Positions 28,158 through 37,671 of a stretch of DNA of 64,000 nucleotides are shown one piece after another. The notes under the pieces are model-generated. The model made no database searches. It was not told the DNA's origin and saw only the letters and a program-made list of their open reading frames with translations. Every line of letters begins with the position of its first letter. The first letter of the stretch is position 1. The position numbers and the translations under genes were made by a program. Source of the stretch: Lentisphaeria bacterium (GTDB lineage: Bacteria; Verrucomicrobiota; Lentisphaeria; Victivallales; UBA1829); assembly GCA_017503375.1 (NCBI GenBank), contig JAFVTF010000067.1, forward strand, positions 4,042 through 68,041, read 5' to 3'.

Positions 28158-29381
28158 TTACTTTTTGTTTCTGGTGATGTTTTCCGGAATCGAACGGGCT
28201 GTTATTTTTGCAAATTTAAAATCAACAGCCCCTTCACGGAAGAACGGTTTTAATTCTTCCGGTACAACATTAATTCCTTTGTTATGCATGATGTTGTTGG
28301 AAATCTGGAATCTGCAATTTTCCATTCCCCGCGGATTTTTCTTCATTTCAGCCGGGATATTCAAAGAAGGATCGCAAACGATCAGAGGGATCCCGCCGAT
28401 TGCATAACAATCCCGGATTGTCAGCTGCATAGGTATTGCAAAAAGACGGACCAGTGCACCGTTTTCCCGGACAACCTGACCGCATGCTGTAAGACAATTC
28501 CGGAGGACCACTCTTCCTCCGTCCGAATGCGGATGGATCGCAGCTGCCTTTGCATAATTGTAAACTGCCGGGATTCCGCCGCCTTCACCGCCGAAACGGA
28601 CACTATCCGCCTCAAAACGGTCGTAATTATCCACCCAGCGGGCATTGTGGTAATAATCCTGTCCCTTGGGCGGATTTGCGCTGGGGGTCAGACAGCAGAA
28701 TGAAAGCCTCATGGTTCCGTACCGGTTGATAAATGCAGCTCCATCGGTCATGTTCGGCTGTGTCTGATCAACCCAGCAGTTGCGGATCTCCATCAAATCT
28801 CCGAAATTTTGCACACAACGGAAATTCTTGGAGAAGAGACATCCCTCGATCAAAGACTGACAGGACAGGTGAGAGATTCCTCTGGGCGGTTCCAGTTTGA
28901 CTGCCATCTCTGAGGCATAAAGAAACTGACAATCCCGGATCGTGACCATAGTCTTATCCAGATTTCTGTTTGTTACCAGAACCTGAACTCCTCCACCGAG
29001 AAATACCAGCTTTTCAATCCGGTTTCTGTATGCATTGATCTGGAACATCAAGCCGTTTTCCGCACCTGCCCATTTGAGAACAGCGGTCGTGTTTGAACCG
29101 GACATATTCACGAAACCGGAGACATTGATCGTGGACGTGATTTTATAAACACCGTGAGGAAATACCACGGTTGGCCCGGAGCCGAAATAACTGGATGCCG
29201 GATATTTTCCATAAGACCTGAATCCTCTCACAGATTTTGCCGCCGCATCAAATGCCTTCTGGATTGCTTTCGTATCATCAACCTGTCCGTTTCCGACAGC
29301 TCCATATTTTTTTACGTTGAATCCTTCGCCAAAGGAACAGAGTGTGCAAAGACACAGCAGGGTTATAAAAATTCTTTTCAT
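28158..29381 (-). CDS. Secreted right-handed beta-helix protein (pectate-lyase-superfamily fold), unknown specificity
   Basis: Signal peptide. FNVKKYGAVGNGQVDDTKAIQKAFDAA opening typical of beta-helix glycan enzymes. Shares RFGGEGGG..AVYN.AK with its upstream paralog. Confidence 0.65.
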   Translation of the reverse strand: MKRIFITLLCLCTLCSFGEGFNVKKYGAVGNGQVDDTKAIQKAFDAAAKSVRGFRSYGKYPASSYFGSGPTVVFPHGVYKITSTINVSGFVNMSGSNTTAVLKWAGAENGLMFQINAYRNRIEKLVFLGGGVQVLVTNRNLDKTMVTIRDCQFLYASEMAVKLEPPRGISHLSCQSLIEGCLFSKNFRCVQNFGDLMEIRNCWVDQTQPNMTDGAAFINRYGTMRLSFCCLTPSANPPKGQDYYHNARWVDNYDRFEADSVRFGGEGGGIPAVYNYAKAAAIHPHSDGGRVVLRNCLTACGQVVRENGALVRLFAIPMQLTIRDCYAIGGIPLIVCDPSLNIPAEMKKNPRGMENCRFQISNNIMHNKGINVVPEELKPFFREGAVDFKFAKITARSIPENITRNKK

Positions 29382-29395
29382 ATTTTATTGTACCT

Positions 29396-31039
29396 TTATT
29401 TGGTAAAAAGCGGTTTTTTGTTCAAACCGAATTCATGGATTTCCAGGACACTTCCGGGTGCAGCAAGTTCATATCTGTGCGGAATCTTGCCCTTACGGGG
29501 ATGGTATTCCTGTCCAATGTAATAAATCCGGAATGTCAAAGTCCGTTTTCCTTTCAGAGCAGGAACAGCTTTGGCGACATTTACTTCCCGTTTTCCGATG
29601 GGAAGCTGGCGCACGAAAAATGTGTACAGCTTTCCGGTTGCTTCATCAACCATTTTAACTGCAAATTCGGCCGGCTGACTGGAACGTACATCCATCGTCA
29701 GATAAGGGGTTTTACTGAAATCAACTTCCACATGTTTGACTTCAACAAAGGGGGCATCTCCATTTTTTCCGGAAAGACGGCGCATCAAACAGACCGGATA
29801 ACTGTCTTTATGGAAGACTGCAAGGAGGTCTCTGTTGTAAATCGCAGAACCGTCCATGTAGTTATCAAAGGAAAGTTTTACACCTTTCATGGTCAGAATA
29901 TTGATTTCACTTTTCGGTTTGATGGAGGTGACTTTGTATTCTTTGATCTTCTTTTCCAGTTCTTTGCCTGCCAGATGACCTGCCGGCATGGGGAGAGGAT
30001 TTACCTTTGCTGTCTGCAGGTCTGCCGGAATGACGAAACCTTTGAATCCCACATTTCCGTGAGCATGGAAGTTAAAGACATTTTTTTCGCCGAAGAAATA
30101 GTTGTCCAGCTTGATTGCAGGATTCACAACCACGCCCTTGCTGAATGTGGAATGGCAGTTTTCGATTGCCACAAGGTTCGGAACTTCCACGCAGTAAACT
30201 GCACAGTTCTGCAATCCGCTTGTATGGGCATCCACTTCACATTCCCGAAGTACGACAGTATTGGGCAGAGTGGGCAGTTTGGAATATTTTGCGAAATTAT
30301 AAACAGCAGTAAAACCGCCGCCTTCACCGCCGAAACGGCAGTTCGTTGCTGTGAGCCGTCCGTAGTTGTCGATCCAGCGTTGGCTCTGTCCGTTGCAGAG
30401 GGGAACACCGAGAAGATTGTCAACGGTCATATAACCGTGACGGTTCACGATGACAGCACTGTTTTTCATATCCTTATTATTCATGATCCATACATCCCGG
30501 ATCACGGTCCAGTCGGAATCGCTGTCAATGGAACCGATACAATGAATGAATTCACTCTTTTCAATGGTAAAAAGTGTGCTTTGCGCGCCCTTGCGTGTCA
30601 TGAGAGCGGTTCCGGTACACCAGAAAAATTTACAGTTTTCCACAAAGAAAAGAGATTTATCCAGGTTGTCATTGACTGCGGCAATATGACCTTTCCCGCC
30701 TTTGAAGACCAAACCTTTCACGGAAGCGTGCCAGAAGTTGATATAATCAAAGGTCGTTGCCTCCGGGTCCTGCTGAACAATGACTGCATTGTTGCCCCGC
30801 AGAGAAACCCGGTCAACTTTCAAAGTTCCTTTCACCAGATAAACTCCGGAGGGGAAATAAACGGTTTGGGGATTGTATGGATCACGGATCTTTTTTGCCG
30901 CGGCTTTCAGCGCGGCAGCGATCGCTGCAGTATCATCTTTTTTACTGTCTCCGGCTGCCCCGAAATCTTTCACATTGATTTCTCCGGCAAACAGTATTGC
31001 AGCAAGTGCTGCAGCCAATACGGTTAACAACTTTTTCAT
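29396..31039 (-). CDS. Secreted right-handed beta-helix protein (paralog) with a C-terminal extension
   Basis: Signal peptide. INVKDFGAAGDSKKDDTAAIAAALKAAAK opening. RFGGEGGGFTAVYNFAKY motif. AAAGGA RBS. Confidence 0.65.
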   Translation of the reverse strand: MKKLLTVLAAALAAILFAGEINVKDFGAAGDSKKDDTAAIAAALKAAAKKIRDPYNPQTVYFPSGVYLVKGTLKVDRVSLRGNNAVIVQQDPEATTFDYINFWHASVKGLVFKGGKGHIAAVNDNLDKSLFFVENCKFFWCTGTALMTRKGAQSTLFTIEKSEFIHCIGSIDSDSDWTVIRDVWIMNNKDMKNSAVIVNRHGYMTVDNLLGVPLCNGQSQRWIDNYGRLTATNCRFGGEGGGFTAVYNFAKYSKLPTLPNTVVLRECEVDAHTSGLQNCAVYCVEVPNLVAIENCHSTFSKGVVVNPAIKLDNYFFGEKNVFNFHAHGNVGFKGFVIPADLQTAKVNPLPMPAGHLAGKELEKKIKEYKVTSIKPKSEINILTMKGVKLSFDNYMDGSAIYNRDLLAVFHKDSYPVCLMRRLSGKNGDAPFVEVKHVEVDFSKTPYLTMDVRSSQPAEFAVKMVDEATGKLYTFFVRQLPIGKREVNVAKAVPALKGKRTLTFRIYYIGQEYHPRKGKIPHRYELAAPGSVLEIHEFGLNKKPLFTK

Positions 31040-31070
31040 TCAAGATATCCTTTCAAATTGCTTTTGTATT

Positions 31071-31793
31071 TCAATATGGGCTGTCATAGGTTCCATCGGG
31101 CTGGGGGGCGGATTGCATTCCGTAGGTTCCGGAGCTTTTCAGGGGAATCTGGGAATATCTCAAAGATGCAACATGTCCATCATGGAATGCAAAATTTGCA
31201 CTTCTGTTGTGACGGAATTTCAAGTTCTGGTATTGTGCCTGACTGGGCGGTTCATGAACTCTGCCGATTCCGAATCCGGGGCCGAACTGCGTTTCAATGT
31301 CAGCAAGCTGTGCACGGGTGGATGTCGCTTTGATTTTTGTGATTTTTGCAAAAGTGACATGTTCCCAATATGTTGTTGTTGAATTTGGCCAGCCGCCATT
31401 GGTATTTGAGTTGATCCCGTAATCTGCAAAACAGCCGCTGACACCATTATTCCCACGGTATTTTTCAACCGGACAGCGCCATACAGCTTTCGGATTCCAG
31501 GCATCTCCGGCAAATAAGTCATATTTTTCCGTATGAAAAAAGGCTGTCCAATAGGAACCGCTCCCGGTTTTCCGGATGTGAGATGGCAACAGCATATCAT
31601 CATTTTCCTGTGTATAACGCATCAGAATATTGTTCACCTGACGGATATTGTTTTTACATTGAACCTCCAGAGCTCTTCCTCTGGCATTATTCAATGCCGG
31701 CAGCAGCATCCCGGCAAGAATTGCTATTATTGCAATTACAACCAGCAACTCTATCAGCGTGAAACTTTTTTGACTGAAACGATTTTTTTTCAT
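31071..31793 (-). CDS. Prepilin-type N-terminal domain protein of the H-X9-DG / DUF1559 family
   Basis: [33 protein letters not shown]-terminal [22 protein letters not shown]. Confidence 0.85.
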   Translation of the reverse strand: MKKNRFSQKSFTLIELLVVIAIIAILAGMLLPALNNARGRALEVQCKNNIRQVNNILMRYTQENDDMLLPSHIRKTGSGSYWTAFFHTEKYDLFAGDAWNPKAVWRCPVEKYRGNNGVSGCFADYGINSNTNGGWPNSTTTYWEHVTFAKITKIKATSTRAQLADIETQFGPGFGIGRVHEPPSQAQYQNLKFRHNRSANFAFHDGHVASLRYSQIPLKSSGTYGMQSAPQPDGTYDSPY

Positions 31794-31918
31794 TTTTCTC
31801 TCCTGTTATTGTTATTATTCTGATGACATTTTTTGGGTCTGTTGACGGGTTCTGTTCTTTTTGAGCAGTCTCATGAGAATATCCTTTCTATGACCTGCGG
31901 CAAAAACACGATGATTTC

Positions 31919-31946
31919 TGATGACGGTTTGCTGAACCTGTCATCA
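31919..31946. promoter_or_regulatory. Inverted repeat TGATGAC-N14-GTCATCA between the regulator and the pilin-like gene (candidate operator)
   Basis: tgatgacgg...cctgtcatca. The 10-mer ttctgatgac recurs at 31818-31827 (about 25 nt upstream of the pilin-like ATG) and at 31916-31925. Confidence 0.4.
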
Positions 31947-31985
31947 TTGGCATTTTCAAGCTGCGGCGTATTTTCTTCATTTTTA

Positions 31986-33044
31986 TTAACTTTTCAAATA
32001 TGGTTTGATATAGACATTTTTACGAAGCTCAACAGGGGTGCGGACTTGTTCCAGTAATGCCCTAGCACATTCCTCCGGTGAAACAATGATGCTCGGGAAT
32101 GTAAAACCACCCAATCCCCGGCACCAATCTGTGTTCAAACAGCCAATATAGTGTTTCGGGATATATCCACATTCCTTTGCGATTGTCAGAACCAGATTCA
32201 GAGAACTGTCATTTCCTGTATAAATTCCATCCGGCTGACTTTTCGGATGGGAGAATATTTCGTATATTGCATCAGCCAGTTTTTTCTTTTTTGAATAGGA
32301 AATGTAAATATGCGAAGCGGGATCGAATCCATTTTCTTTCAAGACATCTGCGAATCCATCCATAATGAGTTTGCTCCGGTGATGGGAAAAATCCTCCGGA
32401 TCAAAACGCCGGAACATATCAGGTCCGTCACAATCAATCAGTAACGGACGCTTGCACCCCTTTTCAATCAAATAAGACGCTCCGATTCTGCCGATTTCAT
32501 AATAATCAATAAAAACCCCCGTTGCATTTTCCGGGATATCGTAATCAATGTAATCGAAGAAAACCGGATTCTTTTTCAGGAGCTTGTCGATCATTGGATA
32601 AGCTTTATAGATATATCCGTCAAGGATCATGTAATTTGTTTCCAGGGAAGAAAGAGTCGTGAGTCCGCGCCGGATATGTTTTCTCAGTTTCGGCTGGTCA
32701 AATCCCCAAACATCGACCGCTTGAATACACAATCCTGCCTCTGCAGTCATTCTTTGCAGATGAGCATAGACATCTTCGTGAAAATGCCCGCCGTAACGCA
32801 GGACGGCACCGATCAGTTTTGCTGGATTGTAGTTTCTGCTTATCATTGTGCCGAGCCGTTTTTTCCGCTCAATAACGCCTTCTGAAACCAAATGTTCCAA
32901 TGCGTGACGGACTGTTCCGCGGGCAACACCGAACTGGCTGGCAAGTTCAGTCTCTTTGGGTAATAATGAGTTATCCCACGTTCCGGACCGAATCCCATCC
33001 CGCAGGTATTCCAGTATTTTTTCTGATTTTTCGCCGCGTTCCAT
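31986..33044 (-). CDS. GntR-family regulator with a LacI/PBP1-type sugar-binding effector domain
   Basis: LPKETELASQFGVARGTVRHALEHLVSEGVIERKKRLGTMI HTH. The start is moved to ATG 33044, which has a CAGGAG RBS 9 nt upstream. Confidence 0.75.
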   Translation of the reverse strand: MERGEKSEKILEYLRDGIRSGTWDNSLLPKETELASQFGVARGTVRHALEHLVSEGVIERKKRLGTMISRNYNPAKLIGAVLRYGGHFHEDVYAHLQRMTAEAGLCIQAVDVWGFDQPKLRKHIRRGLTTLSSLETNYMILDGYIYKAYPMIDKLLKKNPVFFDYIDYDIPENATGVFIDYYEIGRIGASYLIEKGCKRPLLIDCDGPDMFRRFDPEDFSHHRSKLIMDGFADVLKENGFDPASHIYISYSKKKKLADAIYEIFSHPKSQPDGIYTGNDSSLNLVLTIAKECGYIPKHYIGCLNTDWCRGLGGFTFPSIIVSPEECARALLEQVRTPVELRKNVYIKPYLKS

Positions 33045-33079
33045 ACTGAAAAACTCCTGAAAATATTTCGTACAACACA

Positions 33080-33108
33080 ATTATAGCATACAGTTCAAAA
33101 AAAATCAA
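33080..33108 (-). promoter_or_regulatory. Sigma70-type promoter of the locus-3 regulator
   Basis: Minus strand reads TTGATT-17 nt-TATAAT. Confidence 0.55.
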
Positions 33109-33397
33109 CAGGACATATTTTTATATATTCGTAAAAAAAAGATGTTTTGAAATGGACATATTTTTTCAGCCAATATGTATTGTCTCTGTTATTTTGTTGA
33201 AAATGAAAATGTTCAGCATTTTTTCTGTTTTTTTTATGAGAAAATCAGGAAAAACAGAGGAAAAATCAAAAAAAATCATTTATGCACTGGAAAAAACTGC
33301 AAACTGGAGTTATATTTCCGGATTATCACTGTATTTTAAAAATAACGGGCTTTTTCTCAAAAAAGTCCAAACTAAAGGTTTAGAAAGGTTACAGCAC

Positions 33398-34732
33398 ATG
33401 TCTAAGAAAGAAAATGCACTGATGACTGCTATGACAATGGAACTGAAAGAAGTTTCCGCATGCACAAAGACTGCTGAATTCTGCGTTCCCGCAGAAGCTG
33501 TCAAAGCTGAATTTGCCGCTGTTGCAAAAGAATTTGCTTCTCAGGTTCAGATCGGCGGATTCCGTAAAGGAAAGACCCCCGTTTCTCTGGTTCTTGCCAG
33601 ATATGGCGCAAAACTTGCAGAAGATGTTGAACGTTCCATTCAGCGCACCGCTGCAGAAAAAGTTCAGGATGCATGCAAAGTTGTTGCAATTCCCGATTAC
33701 AAAGCAAAAGATGATGCAAAGCCCGCAGCCGACAAAGCTTTTGAGTTCACTTTCACCGTTGATGTCGCTCCCAGCTTTGATCTCCCCGCTTATGCCGATT
33801 TTGAAATCGAAGTTCCCGCACAGCCCTCTCTCGATGAAGAAGCTGCAAAAGAACTCGAATACCTCAAAGAACTCTATTCCGACTATGCAACAGTGGAAGA
33901 CCCCGCTGTCAACGGCGATATGCTGAAAGTCACCTACACCAGCGATTTCACACCTGCTGAAGATGCATCTGCTTCTCTGAAACGTATGGCAGGCGCAGAA
34001 GATTCCTGGATCTGGCTGAGCGAAAATGATTTCGTTCCCGGAGCAACTGCTGCTCTCACCGGCGCAAAGACCGGAGATGTGAAAGAATTCACCGCTGAAT
34101 TCCCCGAAGACTGGCGCGAAAGCGGACTCGCAGGCAAGAAAGTTGCTTACAAGTTCACCGTCAAAGAAGTTCAGCACAAGACCCCCATCACCGATGACAA
34201 AGTTCTTGCTGAAAAGCTCCGCATGGATGATGTTGAAAAGATGAAAGAAATGCTCAAGAAACAGGCTGAAAACAAGCTCGTTTCCGAACGCAAATCTGCC
34301 ATCCAGGAAAAACTGATTGCAAAACTCGTGGAAGCTGTCGGAGCATTTGAACTCCCCACCTCCTCTGTTGAAACCGAAAAGAGAAGAATCTTCTCCTCCA
34401 TCGCAAACAACACTGTCAAGTCCGAAGCGGATGCTGAAAAGTTCAAAGCTGATATGGATAAACATCTTGCAGAAGCGGAAGAAGAAGCACGCAAGAAACT
34501 TTCCCGCAACTTCATCCTTACTGCAATCGCAGAACAGGAAAAAGTGGAAGTTTCCCCCGCAGAATTCGATCAGCATCTGGAAGAACTTGCAGGCTACTAC
34601 CGCTGCAAGAAGCAGGATATCATCAAGCGTCTTCAGGAAAATGATGCATTCGGTGATTTCCATGCTGATCTGGTTATCGGAAAGACCCTTGACGTGCTTT
34701 GCGACAAAGTAAAAGTCAAAGAAGTGAAATAA
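33398..34732 (+). CDS. tig: Trigger factor
   Basis: GGFRKGKTPVSLVLARYG motif, a central PPIase-like region and an acidic C-terminus, followed by clpP-clpX. The start is uncertain (ATG 33398 with GAAAGG, or ATGs at 33422-33437). The ORF-track start at 33152 is an unlikely extension. Confidence 0.85.
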   Translation: MSKKENALMTAMTMELKEVSACTKTAEFCVPAEAVKAEFAAVAKEFASQVQIGGFRKGKTPVSLVLARYGAKLAEDVERSIQRTAAEKVQDACKVVAIPDYKAKDDAKPAADKAFEFTFTVDVAPSFDLPAYADFEIEVPAQPSLDEEAAKELEYLKELYSDYATVEDPAVNGDMLKVTYTSDFTPAEDASASLKRMAGAEDSWIWLSENDFVPGATAALTGAKTGDVKEFTAEFPEDWRESGLAGKKVAYKFTVKEVQHKTPITDDKVLAEKLRMDDVEKMKEMLKKQAENKLVSERKSAIQEKLIAKLVEAVGAFELPTSSVETEKRRIFSSIANNTVKSEADAEKFKADMDKHLAEAEEEARKKLSRNFILTAIAEQEKVEVSPAEFDQHLEELAGYYRCKKQDIIKRLQENDAFGDFHADLVIGKTLDVLCDKVKVKEVK

Positions 34733-34843
34733 TTCCGGTCCTTCACCGTATAAACTATTGAAAGCCAATTCTGCAGGACAGCTTCCGCTGAGCTTGGAGG
34801 ATTGGCTTCATAGTAAAATCAGATTAACAGAAGGAGAAAGACT

Positions 34844-35440
34844 ATGAGTAAAGCTATGTATGTTCCTATGGTTGTAGAACAAACCGGACAGGGTGAACGC
34901 GGATATGATATCTATTCCCGTCTTTTGAAAGACAGAATCATTTTCCTCGGGACACCGATTGATGATGCTGTTGCAAACCTGATTGTTGCAGAACTTCTCT
35001 TTCTGCAATCTGAAGACCCCAAAAAAGATATCGATCTTTACATCAACAGTCCCGGCGGTTCTGTGACAGCAGGGCTTGCGATCCTTGACTGTATGAAAGT
35101 CATTTCCTGTGATGTCAAGACCTACTGCGTTGGACAGGCTGCCAGTATGGGTGCAGTTCTGCTCAGTGCAGGTACAAAAGGCAAACGTTTTGCTCTTCCC
35201 AATGCACGGGTCATGATCCATCAGCCCAGCGGCGGAAGCGAAGGTACCGCTGCGGATATTGATATCCAGGCAAGAGAAATCCTCAAGATTCGTACAACCT
35301 TGAACGGCATCCTTGCTGAAAATACCGGAAACCCCGTGAAAAAAATCGCTCATGATACAGAACGTGACTATTTCATGTCTGCTCAGGAGGCTTTGGAATA
35401 CGGGATCGTTGACAGCATCATCCCTCATAAGAAAGCGTAA
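34844..35440 (+). CDS. clpP: ATP-dependent Clp protease proteolytic subunit
   Basis: [24 protein letters not shown] (catalytic Ser) and MIHQPSGG (His) motifs. AAGGAG RBS. Confidence 0.95.
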   Translation: MSKAMYVPMVVEQTGQGERGYDIYSRLLKDRIIFLGTPIDDAVANLIVAELLFLQSEDPKKDIDLYINSPGGSVTAGLAILDCMKVISCDVKTYCVGQAASMGAVLLSAGTKGKRFALPNARVMIHQPSGGSEGTAADIDIQAREILKIRTTLNGILAENTGNPVKKIAHDTERDYFMSAQEALEYGIVDSIIPHKKA

Positions 35441-35452
35441 GAGAGTTCTTTT

Positions 35453-36721
35453 ATGGCAAAACATACTCATGGTGATGGTGAAATCCCGCGCTGTTCGTTT
35501 TGCGGACGTCCGGCAGGAACCGCTGGTCTGGGCAATCTGATCAGCAGTCCTTCCGGGGCTTCCATTTGCGAAAACTGCGTGGAATTATGCCGTCAGTACA
35601 TGCGGGGAAAAGACTCCGCACCCAAGAAGAAAAATTCTGAAATTCTGCCTCTGGAAATTCCGAAACCGGCTGAAATCAAAGCCGAACTCGATAAATATGT
35701 CATCGGTCAGGATGAAGCTAAAAAGTTTCTGTCCGTGGCAGTTCACAACCATTATAAACGTCTGGTCTCTCACGATCAGGAAGTAGATGATATCGATATT
35801 GAAAAGAGTAATGTGCTTCTGCTGGGGCCCACAGGTTCCGGTAAAACACTGCTTGCACGTACTCTTGCAAAGATGTTGAACGTTCCTTTCTGCATTGCCG
35901 ATGCAACCACTCTTACAGAGGCCGGATATGTCGGCGAGGACGTGGAAAATATCCTGCTCCGTCTTTTACAGGCTGCTGATTTCGATGTGGAAAAAGCTCA
36001 GATCGGTATCGTTTATGTGGATGAAATCGATAAAATCGCAAGAAAGACTGAGAATGTTTCCATCACCCGTGATGTTTCCGGGGAAGGTGTGCAGCAGGCT
36101 CTCCTGAAAATTCTGGAAGGTACTGTGGCAAACGTTCCGCCGAAAGGTGGACGCAAACATCCGGACCAGGAATATATTAAGGTTGATACCACCAATATTC
36201 TTTTCATCTGCGGTGGTGCATTTGTCGGATTGGATAAAATCATTCAGCGCAGAGTCGGAAAGCATGTCCTCGGATTCAATCAGGATGCAACGGATGAAGT
36301 TGTCATTGACCCAAACTCTCCTGAAATTCTGAAATTGACAGAACCGGAAGATCTGGTTCATTTCGGGATCATTCCCGAATTTATCGGACGTCTGCCGATT
36401 GTCACCTCTCTGATGCCTTTGAAAGAGGCTGATCTGGTGAGAATCCTCACAGAGCCCAAGAATGCGTTGACCCGTCAGTATCAGAAACTGCTGGGAATGG
36501 AAAACGTGAAATTGGAGTTCAAGAAGGAAGCTCTGGAAGCATTGGCGGAAAAATCTGTCAAACGCGGAACAGGTGCCCGCGGGTTACGCTCCATCCTTGA
36601 AAATATGATGATGGATATCATGTACGATATCCCGTCACGCGGGGATGTGGAAAAATGCGTGATTACCCGGAAAACCGTGGAAGGCGGTAAACCGGAACTT
36701 ACCTTGAAGAAAAAGAAATAA
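35453..36721 (+). CDS. clpX: ATP-dependent Clp protease ATP-binding subunit ClpX
   Basis: N-terminal zinc-binding CSFCG...CENC, Walker [12 protein letters not shown]-loop region, 422 aa. Confidence 0.95.
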   Translation: MAKHTHGDGEIPRCSFCGRPAGTAGLGNLISSPSGASICENCVELCRQYMRGKDSAPKKKNSEILPLEIPKPAEIKAELDKYVIGQDEAKKFLSVAVHNHYKRLVSHDQEVDDIDIEKSNVLLLGPTGSGKTLLARTLAKMLNVPFCIADATTLTEAGYVGEDVENILLRLLQAADFDVEKAQIGIVYVDEIDKIARKTENVSITRDVSGEGVQQALLKILEGTVANVPPKGGRKHPDQEYIKVDTTNILFICGGAFVGLDKIIQRRVGKHVLGFNQDATDEVVIDPNSPEILKLTEPEDLVHFGIIPEFIGRLPIVTSLMPLKEADLVRILTEPKNALTRQYQKLLGMENVKLEFKKEALEALAEKSVKRGTGARGLRSILENMMMDIMYDIPSRGDVEKCVITRKTVEGGKPELTLKKKK

Positions 36722-36741
36722 GATTAAAAACTTTTTTTCTC

Positions 36742-36870
36742 GGAACCACGGAAGACACGGAAAGACACAGAATAAAAGATCAACTCTTTTGCGTTTTAAT
36801 TTTTGCACGGCAAAAATTAAAACGCAATCATAAAAAATTTCCGTGAAACTTCCGTGTATTCCGTGTTTTC
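36742..36870. repeat. Composite palindromic element: a perfect 17-bp central hairpin flanked by inverted arms, each with three CACGGAA-type heptads
   Basis: Central stem 36789-36805 / 36811-36827. Left-arm heptads at 36747, 36756 and 36766 (CACGGAA, CACGGAA, CACAGAA). Right-arm TTCCGTG at 36839, 36850 and 36859. Between convergent clpX and nif3. Confidence 0.75.
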
Positions 36871-36880
36871 TCAAAAGAAC

Positions 36881-37654
36881 TCAAAGCCCTGTCGGGAGTT
36901 CCCGGAAGGCACATTCAATACCGAATTCTTCCGCAACAATATTCATCACATTCAGGACACCGGGGATTTCTGTCCGGTAGTGTCCGGCGGCGACAACTGC
37001 CACATCTGCCTCTTTTGCATAGTGCCATGCCTGATGAGTGAACTCACCTGTCAGAAGACAATCGACTTTTCCTGCGATCATTTCCTGGAAGAAGGGAACA
37101 CAAGCCCCGCCGCCGGAGACAACAGCCACTGTTTTAACGGATTTGTCATCGTTGAAACAGGTATAGGAATATCCGGGGTAAGGAAGATTTGTACAGAATT
37201 CCATTCCGAGTTTTTTGGCTTTCATTGCCCGGGGAAGTTCACCAACGAAACCGATCTGAACACCGTCATAAAAACCGAACGGACGGATATTTTTCAATCC
37301 CATCATCTTTGCGATTGCCGCATTATGTCCGATTTCCGGATGAGCATCCAATGGAAGATGTGCGGCATAAAGGGACATGTTATTCTGAGCCAGCTGAGTG
37401 ATTCTTGCAGCATCAAGAGAACCGATTCTTTTGAGACTTCCGCCCCAGCTCAAACCGTGATGAACAAAGATAAAGTCTGCTTCATCTTCTGCGGCAAAAT
37501 CGAACAGATCTTTACATGCATCCACACCGAAGACTGCACGTTCGACTTCATTTCCTGCATCAAACTGCAAGCCGTTGTTGGAGGAATCCCCGCCGAACGC
37601 TTTCAGATTCAGCAAGTCATTCAGAAACATTGAAATTTCATAAGCTGTTGCCAT
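36881..37654 (-). CDS. Nif3-family dinuclear metal centre protein (GTP cyclohydrolase 1 type 2 homolog)
   Basis: SSNNGLQFDAG...DFIFVHHGLSWGG...YAAHLPLDAHPEIGHN motifs. Confidence 0.8.
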   Translation of the reverse strand: MATAYEISMFLNDLLNLKAFGGDSSNNGLQFDAGNEVERAVFGVDACKDLFDFAAEDEADFIFVHHGLSWGGSLKRIGSLDAARITQLAQNNMSLYAAHLPLDAHPEIGHNAAIAKMMGLKNIRPFGFYDGVQIGFVGELPRAMKAKKLGMEFCTNLPYPGYSYTCFNDDKSVKTVAVVSGGGACVPFFQEMIAGKVDCLLTGEFTHQAWHYAKEADVAVVAAGHYRTEIPGVLNVMNIVAEEFGIECAFRELPTGL

Positions 37655-37671
37655 AATACGGTCTCCTTCTG

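Noticed and set aside
29435-31027. 530-aa ORF antisense to the 547-aa beta-helix gene
   Set aside because: The minus-strand protein has a signal peptide, an RBS, a paralog next door and family motifs. The + strand translation has none of these.
33389-34768. 459-aa ORF antisense to tig
   Set aside because: It is a shadow ORF opposite trigger factor. The translation is repetitive and rich in F/C/G.
34733-34843. Imperfect hairpin (aagccaat...attggctt) between tig and clpP as a possible regulatory RNA
   Set aside because: It is a single 8-bp outer stem with poorly paired interior and no U-tract. This is common for intra-operon spacing and there is nothing to support a specific call.
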